A stretch of 64,000 bases of DNA from Tubulanus polymorphus (Eukaryota > Animalia > Nemertea), in the NCBI RefSeq assembly GCF_964204645.1, contig NC_134035.1, forward strand, positions 10,448,451 through 10,512,450, written 5' to 3'. Positions 11,289 to 23,485 of the stretch are shown here, one piece after another. Numbering within the stretch: the first letter of the stretch is position 1; every line of letters begins with the position of its first letter. The notes under the pieces were generated by a model. It made no database searches. It saw only the letters and a list, made by a program, of their open reading frames with translations, and was not told the DNA's origin. Position numbers and translations under genes: made by a program.

Positions 11289-14200
11289 ATGACTACCATT
11301 CCGACGATACCAGAATTCTACGAAGGCAAATCGGTATTCATAACCGGAGGATCAGGATTCCTCGGTAAAGTTCTAATCGAAAAAATCCTACGATGTTGTC
11401 CCGGAGTGAAAAACCTGTATCTATTGATGCGGCCGAAACGCGGGAAATGTGTCGGGGACCGGCTGGATGAACTCATTAACTTACAGGTAAATTATCGGCC
11501 CTGATTCAATTCCTGATCCCCCCCAAAAATACAGAAAATTAGACTTAATTTTGGTGTCCTCACTCTTCTATTTTTCACAAAAGCTCAAAATTTTTCAAAG
11601 CAATAATCAGCATTGATAGAATATCGATATCCATTCTTGTAGTGGCAGCAGATATTTGATAAGGGCTGGCTGATTTTTCAGAGGGGTGGATGTAAAAATG
11701 AGGGGTCACAGCCCCTCCAAAACCTGTTGTGGATAACAATGCCAGTGGAAAAACTGCTAAAAAAATTTTGTTTTGAGATAATGTGAGCCCTTTTCGGACT
11801 GTGAACCCCCTGCGTACACCTGTAACAAGTGGCCCATTCAGACAGTGGCTCAATATTCATGAATCGAATGTTCACTTCAGGTATTCGACCGATTACGTAA
11901 AGAACAACCAGATTTCAAACACAAATTGATACCGATAAAAGGCGACGTAACGTCAGACGAGTTGGGAATCGGCGGCGACGATCTCGCTTTATTACGACAA
12001 GACGTATCAATAGTAATCCACTCAGCTGCCACTGTCAGATTTGATGAACCACTCCGGTACGTATCTTCTAGATCAGCAATTGTCACGTTTATTTATTTAT
12101 CGCATCAATTGATACAAAAAGTTGGAAAGAAGCAAAGAGGTTTAAAGACAAAATATGATATAAATAGCCCATCTAAAAATGGTTTCTCGTGAAGATTTTG
12201 AAATTTTCAAGGTTCTACAATTTCTTAACAGTTGCACTCTTTGTGCGACCAACTCATGCAGTGTACAATATAGTTGTTACTACCTTCTTATATGTCTACC
12301 TTTTCAATAAATCTAAATGTCTATTAGCATCTTCTTTGAACTTCGGGATCAGTTGTGAAGTTGTAATTGAAGCTGTCCTTAATCTTTAAGTTAGATTTTG
12401 ATCTAGGCTATCTAAAAACGAAATGGTTCTCGACTTGTCTCAAATCTTAGTATTGACGGTAGTGCAACTGATTCAATAACTTGTACTATCCTGTCTACTT
12501 GATACGGCCAGTTGAAAGGATTTCTGATTACATAAAATCAAATTAGGTTAGACCTTATTATTGTACTAATATAAGGTAATTTGTGCCGCGAAAGTAACTG
12601 TTACCTTGCTGAAATTGCAACAATCATTTGTTGTTACTGCAGTTATCAACTGTGTTTATAGACTACGATACCTTTTTATCAGCTTGTGATTTTTGTTTTG
12701 CGTTTCTAGTGTCGCGATGGAAATGAATGTAAAAGCCGTGCGTAAGATGATAACTTTATGTCGTTCGTTGCCTCACTTGATCTCGTGGGTCCACGTTTCG
12801 ACCGCGTACGCCAACTGTGATATACTGTACATAGAAGAAAAAGTCTACCCTCCTCCAGTTCCCCCACAAAAACTCATCGAAGCTTTAGAGTAAGTACCCA
12901 TTCACACTGTCATGAAACACTCTCCATGTTTTAACGATAATAGGGCTTATAATAAGATCCCACGTTGAAAGAAAGACGAGTACGAAACCGTTTCCTTGAA
13001 CTAATATTTTATTCGACATTTAGGACTTTATCTGAAGTGTCATCTTCAGGAATACTTAAGTTTCAACGGAACATTTATTATATTTTTTTTGTATCACATA
13101 CGTAAGAATGTAGTCTAATCAACCGATCGAAGTTTAAGAGTTTTTTACGGCTGCATTTTTACGGGCATAGTAATTGCGCCGGCTGTGTGCGGCAGATACC
13201 GGTAGTTAAGTGCATATTCTAATGCGTAGTGCTTTTATCGGTGATTCAGAATTAGACAATGCTTGAGCAAAGTACTATCATCAAACAATAACATATGCCG
13301 TATGTGGTATTAGTCTGCACTGATAGATGAGTTTATTTTTATGTATTGCTCTTAGGCATTGTATTACCACACGAGCTAGTGTTGTTTTACATATCATCGA
13401 TGTCACTCCAGTCATTTTATCTACAAACCTCTGAATATAAGTTCGACAGTATGGAGTGTAGAATGACTGAACCAATTCCGCGATGGAGTCAAATCAAATC
13501 TACATCAGTGAAAACAGGCCACTGAAAATCTGTACCTATAAGAAATCTATAAAGTAGGAGAAAAAAGTTGTTTGATTTTGTTATATTCAGTAATGATTGA
13601 AATCAATCAAACACAGGTAAAAACATTTGGTTTGCTATGAGATATGGTTACATATTAGGGTACTTAAAATCCCCTAAAGCCTTTTGACGCAATAACCATT
13701 GATGAAGCACTACGTCGGCGTTGTTATGATTAGATAAAACCACACCATTCTAAGAATGAGTCCGGGAATAATCTCAATGGTTTTGTTGTAACTTGAATAT
13801 TCCTAAAGATGACTATTATGATGAAGATGAGATAACCTTTTAGCTAAAGGAAACTTTTTGGATTGTATTATTCATTCCTATTGAAGACTGTTATGTTAGT
13901 TTGAAGGTTTTTCAGTCACCATGACTGATTTAGGTGAATCTTTCATGACTCATGAAAGATTCACCTGAATCATGAATTTATCGCAAGTAAACTAAAGAAT
14001 ACAGCAAATCCAGTTATTGCTCAGTAACGTTTTTGTGTTTAATTTTACAGTTGGATGGATGATGCAATGATCGACCAAGTGACACCAAAACTCATAAAGA
14101 ATAAACCGAATACTTACACATTTACGAAGCATTTAGCCGAAGCTTTGCTGACAGAAGAAGCAACCGATCTACCGATTGCGATCGTACGTCCGTCGATTAT

Positions 14201-17200
14201 CGGCGCCGCGTGGAAAGAACCGTATCCGGTATGAGATAACTCACCGCCCACCAATTTCACACGGTCCCTACGACTCCTTGGTTCCTTAAAAACTCCCTCT
14301 AAACTGAAAATGCTTTTAAAGGTGCTTGAAACTCCTTTTATTTGAGCAGGATGCCCAAAACTCCTTTAAACTCCATCAATTTTGAGAAATAGACTAGTCC
14401 CTATTAGAAATACAGTAGACTGCGCCTAAATTAGTACAGTTGGGATCAGGATTTGTTTCTCCCCCAATTAGGTGGTTACCAAATTAGAAACCAAGTTTGA
14501 TAGTGTCTACTGTAATTGGGATATGTAATTCCTTTAAAACTCCTTGTATGCAGGAATGACTGATCTGTAAGAGCCCTGTTTCAACTCATTTGATTAAATC
14601 AAATGTCGCTCGTTTTTAAGTTGTCATAAATTGATGGTTTTCAGGGCTGGATTGACAATGTTAACGGACCAAGTGGATTCTATATAGCTGTAAGTTTCAA
14701 ACTAATGCATTCTCTGTAAATCCTTAGAGCCAGTATTATATCAATCCATGATTCTAAGAATAATTTGTGTAATTTTTCTGTGTTTTGATGTCGGCATGAT
14801 TAAATCTGTTGTTTGTCTTCCTCTGATTAACTGATTATTCAATCTATCTATGTGTTTATAAGGCTTATTACTAAGGGCCCAGCCCCACGGTTATAAACAG
14901 CTTAGACGTTACTGTTCAATTCCGAATATTAGACCCTTGAGTTAGATTTTTGCCGAGAACTAACGAAATTGGGTGAATTTTTTTGTTTCAAAAATCTGAT
15001 AATCCGGACCCGATTCAAGTGAAAGTTAAGGTATTAGTCTAGAAGATACCCAATATCCATATAAGATGAAATGTGAGAGAAATCCCACAATAGATTCAGC
15101 CAAAGATTTAAAGTTGCTAAAGTGTATATGATATTTCGAGCAACGTTTCAGCAAATGACTATTAGCCTTCATCAGTACACCTGATGATGGCTAATAGTCT
15201 CCAAATACATATAGACCTTTTAGTCGAGAGCTTTACATCTTTACCTGAATTATTATGGGATTTCTCTCTGGTAAGATTAACCCACACCTGGGACTGGATC
15301 GTGCTTCATAATTGATCGACGTTGAAATTTGAAATGATTTGTTCGTTTTACAGGAAATAGAACAAGCCGTAAAACATTGTGTAAGAATTTGGTGGCTGAT
15401 GATATATTAACATACTGAGACTGACAATAAGCCTGCGATCACACGTGCGACCCGGGTCAAATTTGACCAACTGTTCACTCTCGTGCCAAATGAGTCCACG
15501 TCTGGTGGATATTTGGCCCGACCAGACCTGTACCAAATTTTAGCACAGGTCAAATTTTTCCGATTCGCATCACTTGCCACGGCATCATTTTGATTGCATC
15601 GTTTGATATCAAGCTAGTGGTTTACGTCATGTGTGAACGCGTTCCCTAATTTAGCACGGGCCGAATAGACTCTGGTCTTGTTCGCGCCAGTTTGACCCGG
15701 GCCAAATCATCTCCGTGTGATCGCGGTTATATTTATAATTCACTGTTATTTTATACCACTCTATATTCTAACTATCGAACAGATACACATATATTTATCA
15801 AACTCTGCTTCTGCAAGAGAACTGCTTTGTTTACATATTTCTGTTTAGATATTCTTGCTAATGCTATCGGGCTGAAAGTCCACACAACTATTTTGCAAAT
15901 TATTATTTTTTTTCAATTAAAAATTTCGCTTGACGTTATTCATGAAAAAATCTGTCTCTATCTCTGAATGCCTCAAGTGCAGTATATTATTTGTGTATAT
16001 TTGAACGCACTGTAAATAGTCGCATGACTTTTGGTATGTCGCGTCTAAACAAGGTATCAATTATCACAAGACAATATTTATGAAACTATCGTTATTTACC
16101 TGGGCACTGGTTGATAAGAAAAGCACAAGTTTTTCTTTCTCCACTGACCGAGGGTCTTGCTAAGACAATAACATAAATCTGATACTTTCCTAAACTTTTA
16201 ACCTTTTCTTTATCAAACTTTTAACCGTGTGTAAACTGGGTTCATCGCGGTCAGTGAAAGGTTTTGAATTTCATCCAAAAACGAGGACTTTTGAGGCAAC
16301 CTGTGTACAATCCTACTGCAAATATAATTCTTTGGCGTACTTTGAAATGGTTTTGAAAATTCTTGGATAATGTCATCATATTTAGGTGATCGGTAAAACT
16401 ATGCTCGCTGGCCTATTTCATCATGTACATCGATGAATTTTTTGAAAGGAGGGTTCTTACAGTTGAGGGAAATCAGGCTTTCCAGATTTATTTTCCTCTA
16501 CTGAGAAAATCATGGAATTCTGACTTTCCTTGAATATCAGGGAAAAGTCAGAAACTTGAACTACACTAGTAGCGCCTCTTGATATTAAGAAATACCCTCT
16601 ACTGAGGATATCTGATGATTTGATCAGGGAATTTTTCGTCAAAGGTCAGGGAAAATAAGCGAAATGACAGAATTAGGGGGGGCATTCCCCGATCTGTTAG
16701 AACCGCTCGTTTACCCCTAGTGACCTTATGATACAAATAGGATGAGGGTACTTATCATCTGCTGACTAATTAATACCCGGAAGTGCTAGAGATAATATGA
16801 CAATTATCAAAGATGCCACTCCAGGGTGTTGAATAACAGGCATAGCGCTATAGTGCATCTACACCGTGGTGCGGTGTATTGTTAGTTACCATTTCACTAT
16901 GGTGTAGACGCACTAAAATCGTTAATCGTTAATCAGTTTTTCTGACGTTAATCCTAAGGTATTGCGGAAACTCTTTCTAACATTATTTTCGTCATGATTC
17001 ACTGCAGGTTGGTAAAGGTATCCTACGTTCGATGGTAGTCGAATGCGAAGCGATCGCCGATATCGTTCCGGTCGATTTGCCGGTGAATATGATCGTCTCC
17101 GCCGCCTGGTATACAGCGGTGATGAAACCGGAAACGCGTAAAGTCTACAACTGTACGATAGGAACGGTGAATCCATTTACTTGGGGAGAAATGAGTAAGT

Positions 17201-19644
17201 TTTCTAAAGCTGCGCACATCTATTTTCACGTTTCAAAGTTTCTAAACATAGGTTCTCTCTGTGCCAGGTGACCTGTGCGTGACTATAGAATTATTGTCTA
17301 ATCCTTATAATATCCAAACTATTGGAAAGAGGGTTTTGATATGTCACAAAACTTAAGTGTATAGACTTAGCTATGGTAGGGGGCCATTTGGTAGGGTCAA
17401 TTCTCAGTCGAATACAGAAATACCCCCTAAAAAGTTAGAAGAATCACAATTTTACAGTGTTACATTTCCAATAAGGGCACTGTAGCTTACTGATGTAGCA
17501 TTTCAGCCTTTATCGTGCTTCTTACAGTTTGGTGTCAATTTCATCAATTTTTGATTTGTTATTGTAAATCGATCCATGACTTTCATTGTTTCCATTAGGT
17601 AGCGTCGTACAGGATTACTTCAAGCGTAACCCGTTAGAAGCTGCATTCCGACGTCCACAACTGACGTTTCACAGAAAGAGCGAAAAAAGGTAAATGAAAT
17701 GTATGAAATAGTGCATTTCAACGAGGAATGCAACATTTGAACAATACCGGTTAGTGTTCAATACGTACAGTTACTTATTCTGAATTCTTGCTTTTCAGTT
17801 CATTCGACTACTGGAACTTTATCAATCACATCATCCCAGCTCATCTCGCTGATTTAGCATTCAGACTCGTCGGACAAAAACCCAGGTAAATAATGAGATC
17901 ATTTGACCTAACTGTTTCTAGAGTAGGGATTCTTTATTAGTGTAACGTTGAAAAAGTCTGTGGAAAGAAAATGATTTTAAAATCATGTGAAATTGAATTG
18001 ATGAATGGGAAATGTAAGGAAATTCTGACAATTTCCTAAAGTCAGGGAAAAGCAAGGGCATTTAAGCCAAGGGCCTAATCTAATTGTTCTATCCCTATAC
18101 AAGCTGCGTATGTATATGACCCAGGGTATCAAAAATTGATAGTGAAAGAAAATTAGTTAAAACATTGTTTTGGGTAAAATGTTTGCACCAATCTTCAGAG
18201 ATTTATTTGAAAATGAGTAAAATGAATAAAAAGCAAATCTCTGTAGATGGACAGAAGCATTCCATCAGAAACGTCAGAGTACTAAATATTCATTGTAAAT
18301 CTTCAATATTTTACATGTTAGTTTCCACTATTCTTAATTGATTTATTAAAAGTTGGTTCCGAGAGCTTACAGAATGTTAGAGGCTCGCTTCATCAGTTGA
18401 CCTTGTTTTATCAGCCATGATCATACAATATTATCGGAACGTAGAATATCATATCAATATCAGAGTCATTTTGTGAAACTGACCTTAGATCAGCAGTCAT
18501 CCACCTACCAGTACATAATGTGATGAAAATTTCGTTAAAATATAATTTTTCTTTCCTGCCATTTTTTTCGCAATAGGATGGTACGAATTTTCAACTTTTG
18601 TTAAAATATATTTTTTTTTCTTGCCATTTATTTTGCAATAGGATGGTACGAATTTTCAAATTTTGTTAAAATATATTTTTCTTTCTTGCCATTTTTTTCG
18701 CAATAGGATGGTACGAATTTTCAAGCGTCTTCAGAAAATGATATCGACGATGTCGTATTTCACTCAGCACACGTGGGAGTGGACGCACACGAATTCCGAG
18801 GTGCTCACGTCGAGTTTGACGCCGAACGATAAGAAACAGTTTTACTATGACTCGCGAGCGTTGAACTGGCCCGAATACATCGAAGAATACTGTCTCGGCA
18901 CGAAAAAATACATCCTGAACGAGGATCTTTCAGGTCTACCAGCTGCGAGAGCTCATCTGAGAAAGTACGTTTTCAATTCATAATCCGACTTATGAAATTA
19001 TATTGCATGGAAGTATACATGGTCCCTCGGCAGCGATTCGAACCTAGCCTGGACGCTGTATGTGAGCCATACAGTTTTCATGTCTTGCCCATTTAAGACG
19101 GTTATTTCCATCCGTGCTAGTTAGATCCTGACTGTATTACAGTTTACTTTTTACTTGATTGTAGATAGAAGATGAAATTTAATCACGATTTTTCATGAGC
19201 CCCGCTAATTTCATCAGCCCCAAATCATCCAAAATTTACTGCAATGAATTTCATTTATTCTTTTGAAATTCATCTAACGCAGTTCTCAATGTTTTGGTAT
19301 TCATCACTCATGAAATGCCATCATAGGCCATTATACAAATGCGAGCAATCTATGTATCTATTGGGCAGCCATACTTGCTGGAAAGCTCGATATAGTACTG
19401 ACATTTTCCCAATTCCAATACCTTACACATCGCTAGTCCTCTATGAATCTAACAGATTTTTGTTCTCATTTTTTGCAGGCTTCGAAACATTCGATACGCG
19501 TTCAACACGGTAATGGTGATCGTGCTGTGGCGTGTTCTGATCGCGCGGTCGCAGTTCGCCCGCAATCTCTGGTTCTTCGTTTTGAATTTAGTTTTCAAAT
19601 TCGTGCGGTTTTTCCGAATAAGCGGCACGTTGAACCGGCACTAA
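11289..19644 (+). CDS. FAR1: Fatty acyl-CoA reductase (FAR1-like; NAD-binding SDR domain, sterile domain, C-terminal hydrophobic tail)
   Basis: Phase-consistent exons 11289-11486, 11881-12056, 12710-12889, 14051-14228, 14645-14689, 17008-17194, 17599-17689, 17799-17885, 18707-18964, 19479-19644. Motifs: [38 protein letters not shown], catalytic [24 protein letters not shown], and C-terminal [34 protein letters not shown]. Confidence 0.95.
13927..13971. repeat. Near-perfect 22-bp-arm hairpin in a FAR intron
   Basis: GATTTAGGTGAATCTTTCATGA-C-TCATGAAAGATTCACCTGAATC. Confidence 0.8.
15060..15272. mobile_element. Palindromic mini-element with back-to-back hammerhead-ribozyme-like cores (Penelope-type terminal repeat remnant)
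   Basis: Centre GACTATTAGCCTTCATCAG-TACAC-CTGATGATGGCTAATAGTC. The minus strand reads CTGATGA-A-GGC...GCT-GAAACGTT. Outer arms AGAGAAATCCCACAATA / TATTATGGGATTTCTCT. Confidence 0.55.
15429..15729. mobile_element. PIF/Harbinger-like MITE
   Basis: Ends TAAGCCTGCGATCACACG ... CGTGTGATCGCGGTTA. A related element with AAGCCGCAATCACAC ... TGTGATGGCGGCTTAA lies at ~53812-54133. Confidence 0.55.
18533..18724 (+). repeat. 65-bp tandem triplication covering the acceptor of FAR exon 9
   Basis: Three copies of TT.GTTAAAATATA..TTTCTT.CTGCCATTT...GCAATAG|GATGGTACGAATTTTCAA, with AG at 18575-6, 18640-1 and 18705-6. Confidence 0.9.
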
Positions 19645-22600
19645 GCGTGTTTCATAAGGACGAGGACTAAACTTTGAGCTATGTATATAAAAGTCTCGAG
19701 TCTTGACTGTACTTAAAAGGATAGCCCGTGGAATATATATGTGCTGTATAGCTGAATTCTTTCATTGTGGTTCACTGAATCCATAGAAAGCTGTAAAGTG
19801 TCAGTTCATTTGATATCTTGCAATATTTTCGTGTGGTTCATCTTCGAGCATTGTCGCGATTTGTCGAAGATCGATCTTAATAACGGCGCGTCGATACATA
19901 CCGTTGTATGCGATGCGGGTGATAGTATATCGCGAGTGCAATTCTACTGAGGTGTGGATATGAACCGTGGATCAAATTCTCAGCTAACTGTGGATAAAGT
20001 GTGGATCGTTCATTAGAAATTTCTCTTCAACTTGATATGACGTGATGTAATGGTAATGATCGATCCCAAAATTGATGGCATTTTGAGTTTTTCATCTAAC
20101 AGTCTCAATTGCAGGATCGTTCATTATCTCCTACACTGAGAATGCATAATTTTATTCTTCAGATAGGCTATGTATGTACCAGTTGTTAGAAATATTGAAC
20201 TACCATATGTATATCTCGCAGTATTGTAAAGTTAAAATTTTCAGGTGAATGAAAACAAACCAAAAAGTGAAAAAGGACCTGTTATACATGTATATTACCG
20301 GTATGACAGGTAAACTTTACCTCTGTTGCAGTCGGAATCTTGTGCTGCAGACTGCTAGTCGATCAGTTATGGGTAAAAAAAACTCTGGATCTACCCCTGC
20401 AGTTTGTACCATGACTAAGTATCAAAAGTTCGAATTCCTGTGACAGAGGGAATGGTCGTCATCAGTTGTTTTCCTTAGACAAATGCCTGTCTATAATTCA
20501 ATCGAAGAAAAACGCCACAATTATCAAGAAAAACTACAAGAGTGGTGGTGTTTCGACTTGATTTTATATGAGCTGATTTTGATGACTCCATTCTATGAAA
20601 ATGGCTCGGTCAAAATGTCACTGCTCTTGTAGTTTTTCTAAATGATAGTGGGTGAATCTGATTGAAATTGAGTCGCAGTTCTAGATGTCATTAATAGGTA
20701 ATTATTTTGACATGATACTACGTACTACTATGTTTACACCTGTTAGGCTAAAAATTGATACCTTATTTCCCATTTCTGCTGAGCTCGAGCTTAAAAGTTG
20801 ACCTGACCGCCTGTCTAGCGTGTGTGTTACTTTCTTTAAAATTGTGACCAAACTAACAGTAACAGACCTGGCGGCAGTTATAGAATTGAACTGATGACAG
20901 ATTTTATTGCCGTTTACAAAATTATGTTGACGATTTGGAGGAACAGGTATCATTTTATTTTAGCCTAAGTTTATAATCTGTGATGAACTGGTCTTGTTTA
21001 TGAGGGATGTGAATGAGACCTTTTGACCTGGTTCACCTTTTGAACTGCAATATGATAATACGCATTCTGTGTACATTTAACAACACTACAGGGCATTTGT
21101 TCTACATTCACTACGGGGCATTCATTGTCGCTGTAATCGTTGAGAGCAACATCAATCAACAGAAATGTTTTTATCAAAACTTGTAGCTTAGCGATAATAA
21201 TGACTTTTTTTTCAAAATTTGATTTATTGTCAAATTCGAAAGTAATTCTTATGTCTCTGACAATTACTGTATGTAAAAAATAATGTGCTATTTATAAATG
21301 AAGGCATTTCTTTTCCTTGCGTTAAGTGTCTCGTAAATCTATGCATTTTAGCGAAATCTTTGAATGAATTGTTGTTATATCTTATTTTGTTGTAATTTTG
21401 TTGATCATGACTATTGTACTACTGGCATAATCATCATAGTTATTAGTAATTTCACGTATAAACTCAAAGTAGAGTAGACAATGTGATTCTGTTAAGATCT
21501 CAAAAAAATGTGCAAACTTCATTGGAGGTTAACCATTGATGAAACTCTGTGTTGTGATGATATATAGAGAAAACCCAGTGATATAACGAGAAAGTCCGAA
21601 AAGTTTCCTTTAAAGCTTATATTCGTCTTCAAGAATGATAGCCTAATAGTCATCATCCTGAAGGTAACTATTAGGTTATCACGATTGATCAAACACTATA
21701 TCCGTGTTGAAGCGATGTAGAGAGAATCCCACAATAATAACGAACAACTACTAGCTCAAAGTAACATTTTCAGACTGTTTTTTCGTTATTTTTGTGGGAT
21801 TCCCTCTAGACTATCAGGTTATAGTCGAAATGTCAGTGTATGGAAATTCGTGGAGAAATTTCTATGGAGTGACTCCACTCATGTCCACCTAACGCAGATT
21901 GTTGAAATGTTTTTCGCAGAACTCTGATATCACTCTCAAGTTGAACATATTTTGTTACTATCGAATCATGTTCAGCACTATTGACTTTCCCTTCCACCGA
22001 TCATCTATGATATGGCCTTAAATATGAAACTGAAATGGTTGTTAGGGAACAGAAGTTTCAATTTATTCTATTACGTAATTGAAATATTTTTTGCAATCTT
22101 TGTTATGATTTGTGTAATAACCGACATTAATTTATCCTCATTTTAAATTCACGATTCATTATAGTGCGAATTGCTCAATAAGGTATATTTTATAAGTACG
22201 TGGCTTTCAGACAAATCCCTTATAGTATTTGAGGCATTGTTGTGCTTGTTCTTTAAGTGTCTCATTTAATAGTGACAACTTCTATCAATAAGATAAAGGT
22301 TTAAAGAGAATTGTCTAGTGTTTGCGTTTGTTGTTGGAGATTGTCATTGGAACTTTGTTTATGTTGAACTCAGAATTTTGACACATGCTGCTTTGCAAAT
22401 AACTACAGATAGATAGCTTCCATGCGAATTGAATGACAGGGTGGCCACTTACGACCCATTTACAAATTCCCTTATTTTTCCATATAGCACAAAATTCCCT
22501 GAGTGAATCAGAGACATTTTTGGTTTAAATAACATGTTAAAATACATTCATTTTTCATGATACACATGTTGATAAAAAAATGTGTGGTCAATAAAATATC

Positions 22601-23485
22601 CAAATTTCTCCAGGTGTTTCGTAGAAATTGTCAAATTCCCTGATTTTTTATTTCCGACTCCAGGAGTTTTCCAGGTCAGTGGTCACTTTGAATGAATACC
22701 ATAAAAACTCCATTGAACTTAGTTCCAGGATCCAATGCAAGTGCTCTTGGAGGTGCTTATACTGTCATTATCCAACAAGTTGAATAGATTGACCACCGGT
22801 TCCTTCAAATGAGGCAAGTTTCAATTGAAGAAGTCTATGCATGTAATATGTTTAGAATAGTAATTGAAGAATACGGATTACAGCGCTCCTCCATTAGTTG
22901 TAGGAGAGACCGAAGAGGAGAGCCCCAGCCCAAGGATTCCCATGTCTTGGGTGTGGGAGCGTTAACAGGTCGGGGTAACCTTCCCGCTGATCCTCAGAAA
23001 CTGCCAACAATCACAGTAGACTCCGCCCTAGTTGGATCCAATCAAATTTGATAACCGTTTAACTCAGGATGTTTTTTGGAATATTTTTTTGCGACACTAC
23101 ATGTATATGAAATACATAAGACCCAACTTGATAACACTTGAGTTGGACTCATTATTACGGTCCCAAAAGATCTGACTTGAGCAAAGTCTACTGTAGCATC
23201 AGGTTAGGGTTTGATGCTATTCAGGACTTGAATAGCGTACACAGTGCATCCTGCCCGCAAGGAGCATTCCGAAATCAGTACTGTAGAAAACTGAAACCGG
23301 CTAAAAGTAGCTGAACTAAAAATTCTCGCGCAAGAAAAGAATGAAATATTTAACAGTGATGATCATAATTTAAAAGTCATACAGATCTTCGATACAAAAG
23401 TACACGCGGAATGTAAACCACAAAAGTTCGTTCAGATCTTTAGAAAAATAAGTTAATACCGGGGTAAATAGATTCTTAGTTTGAT

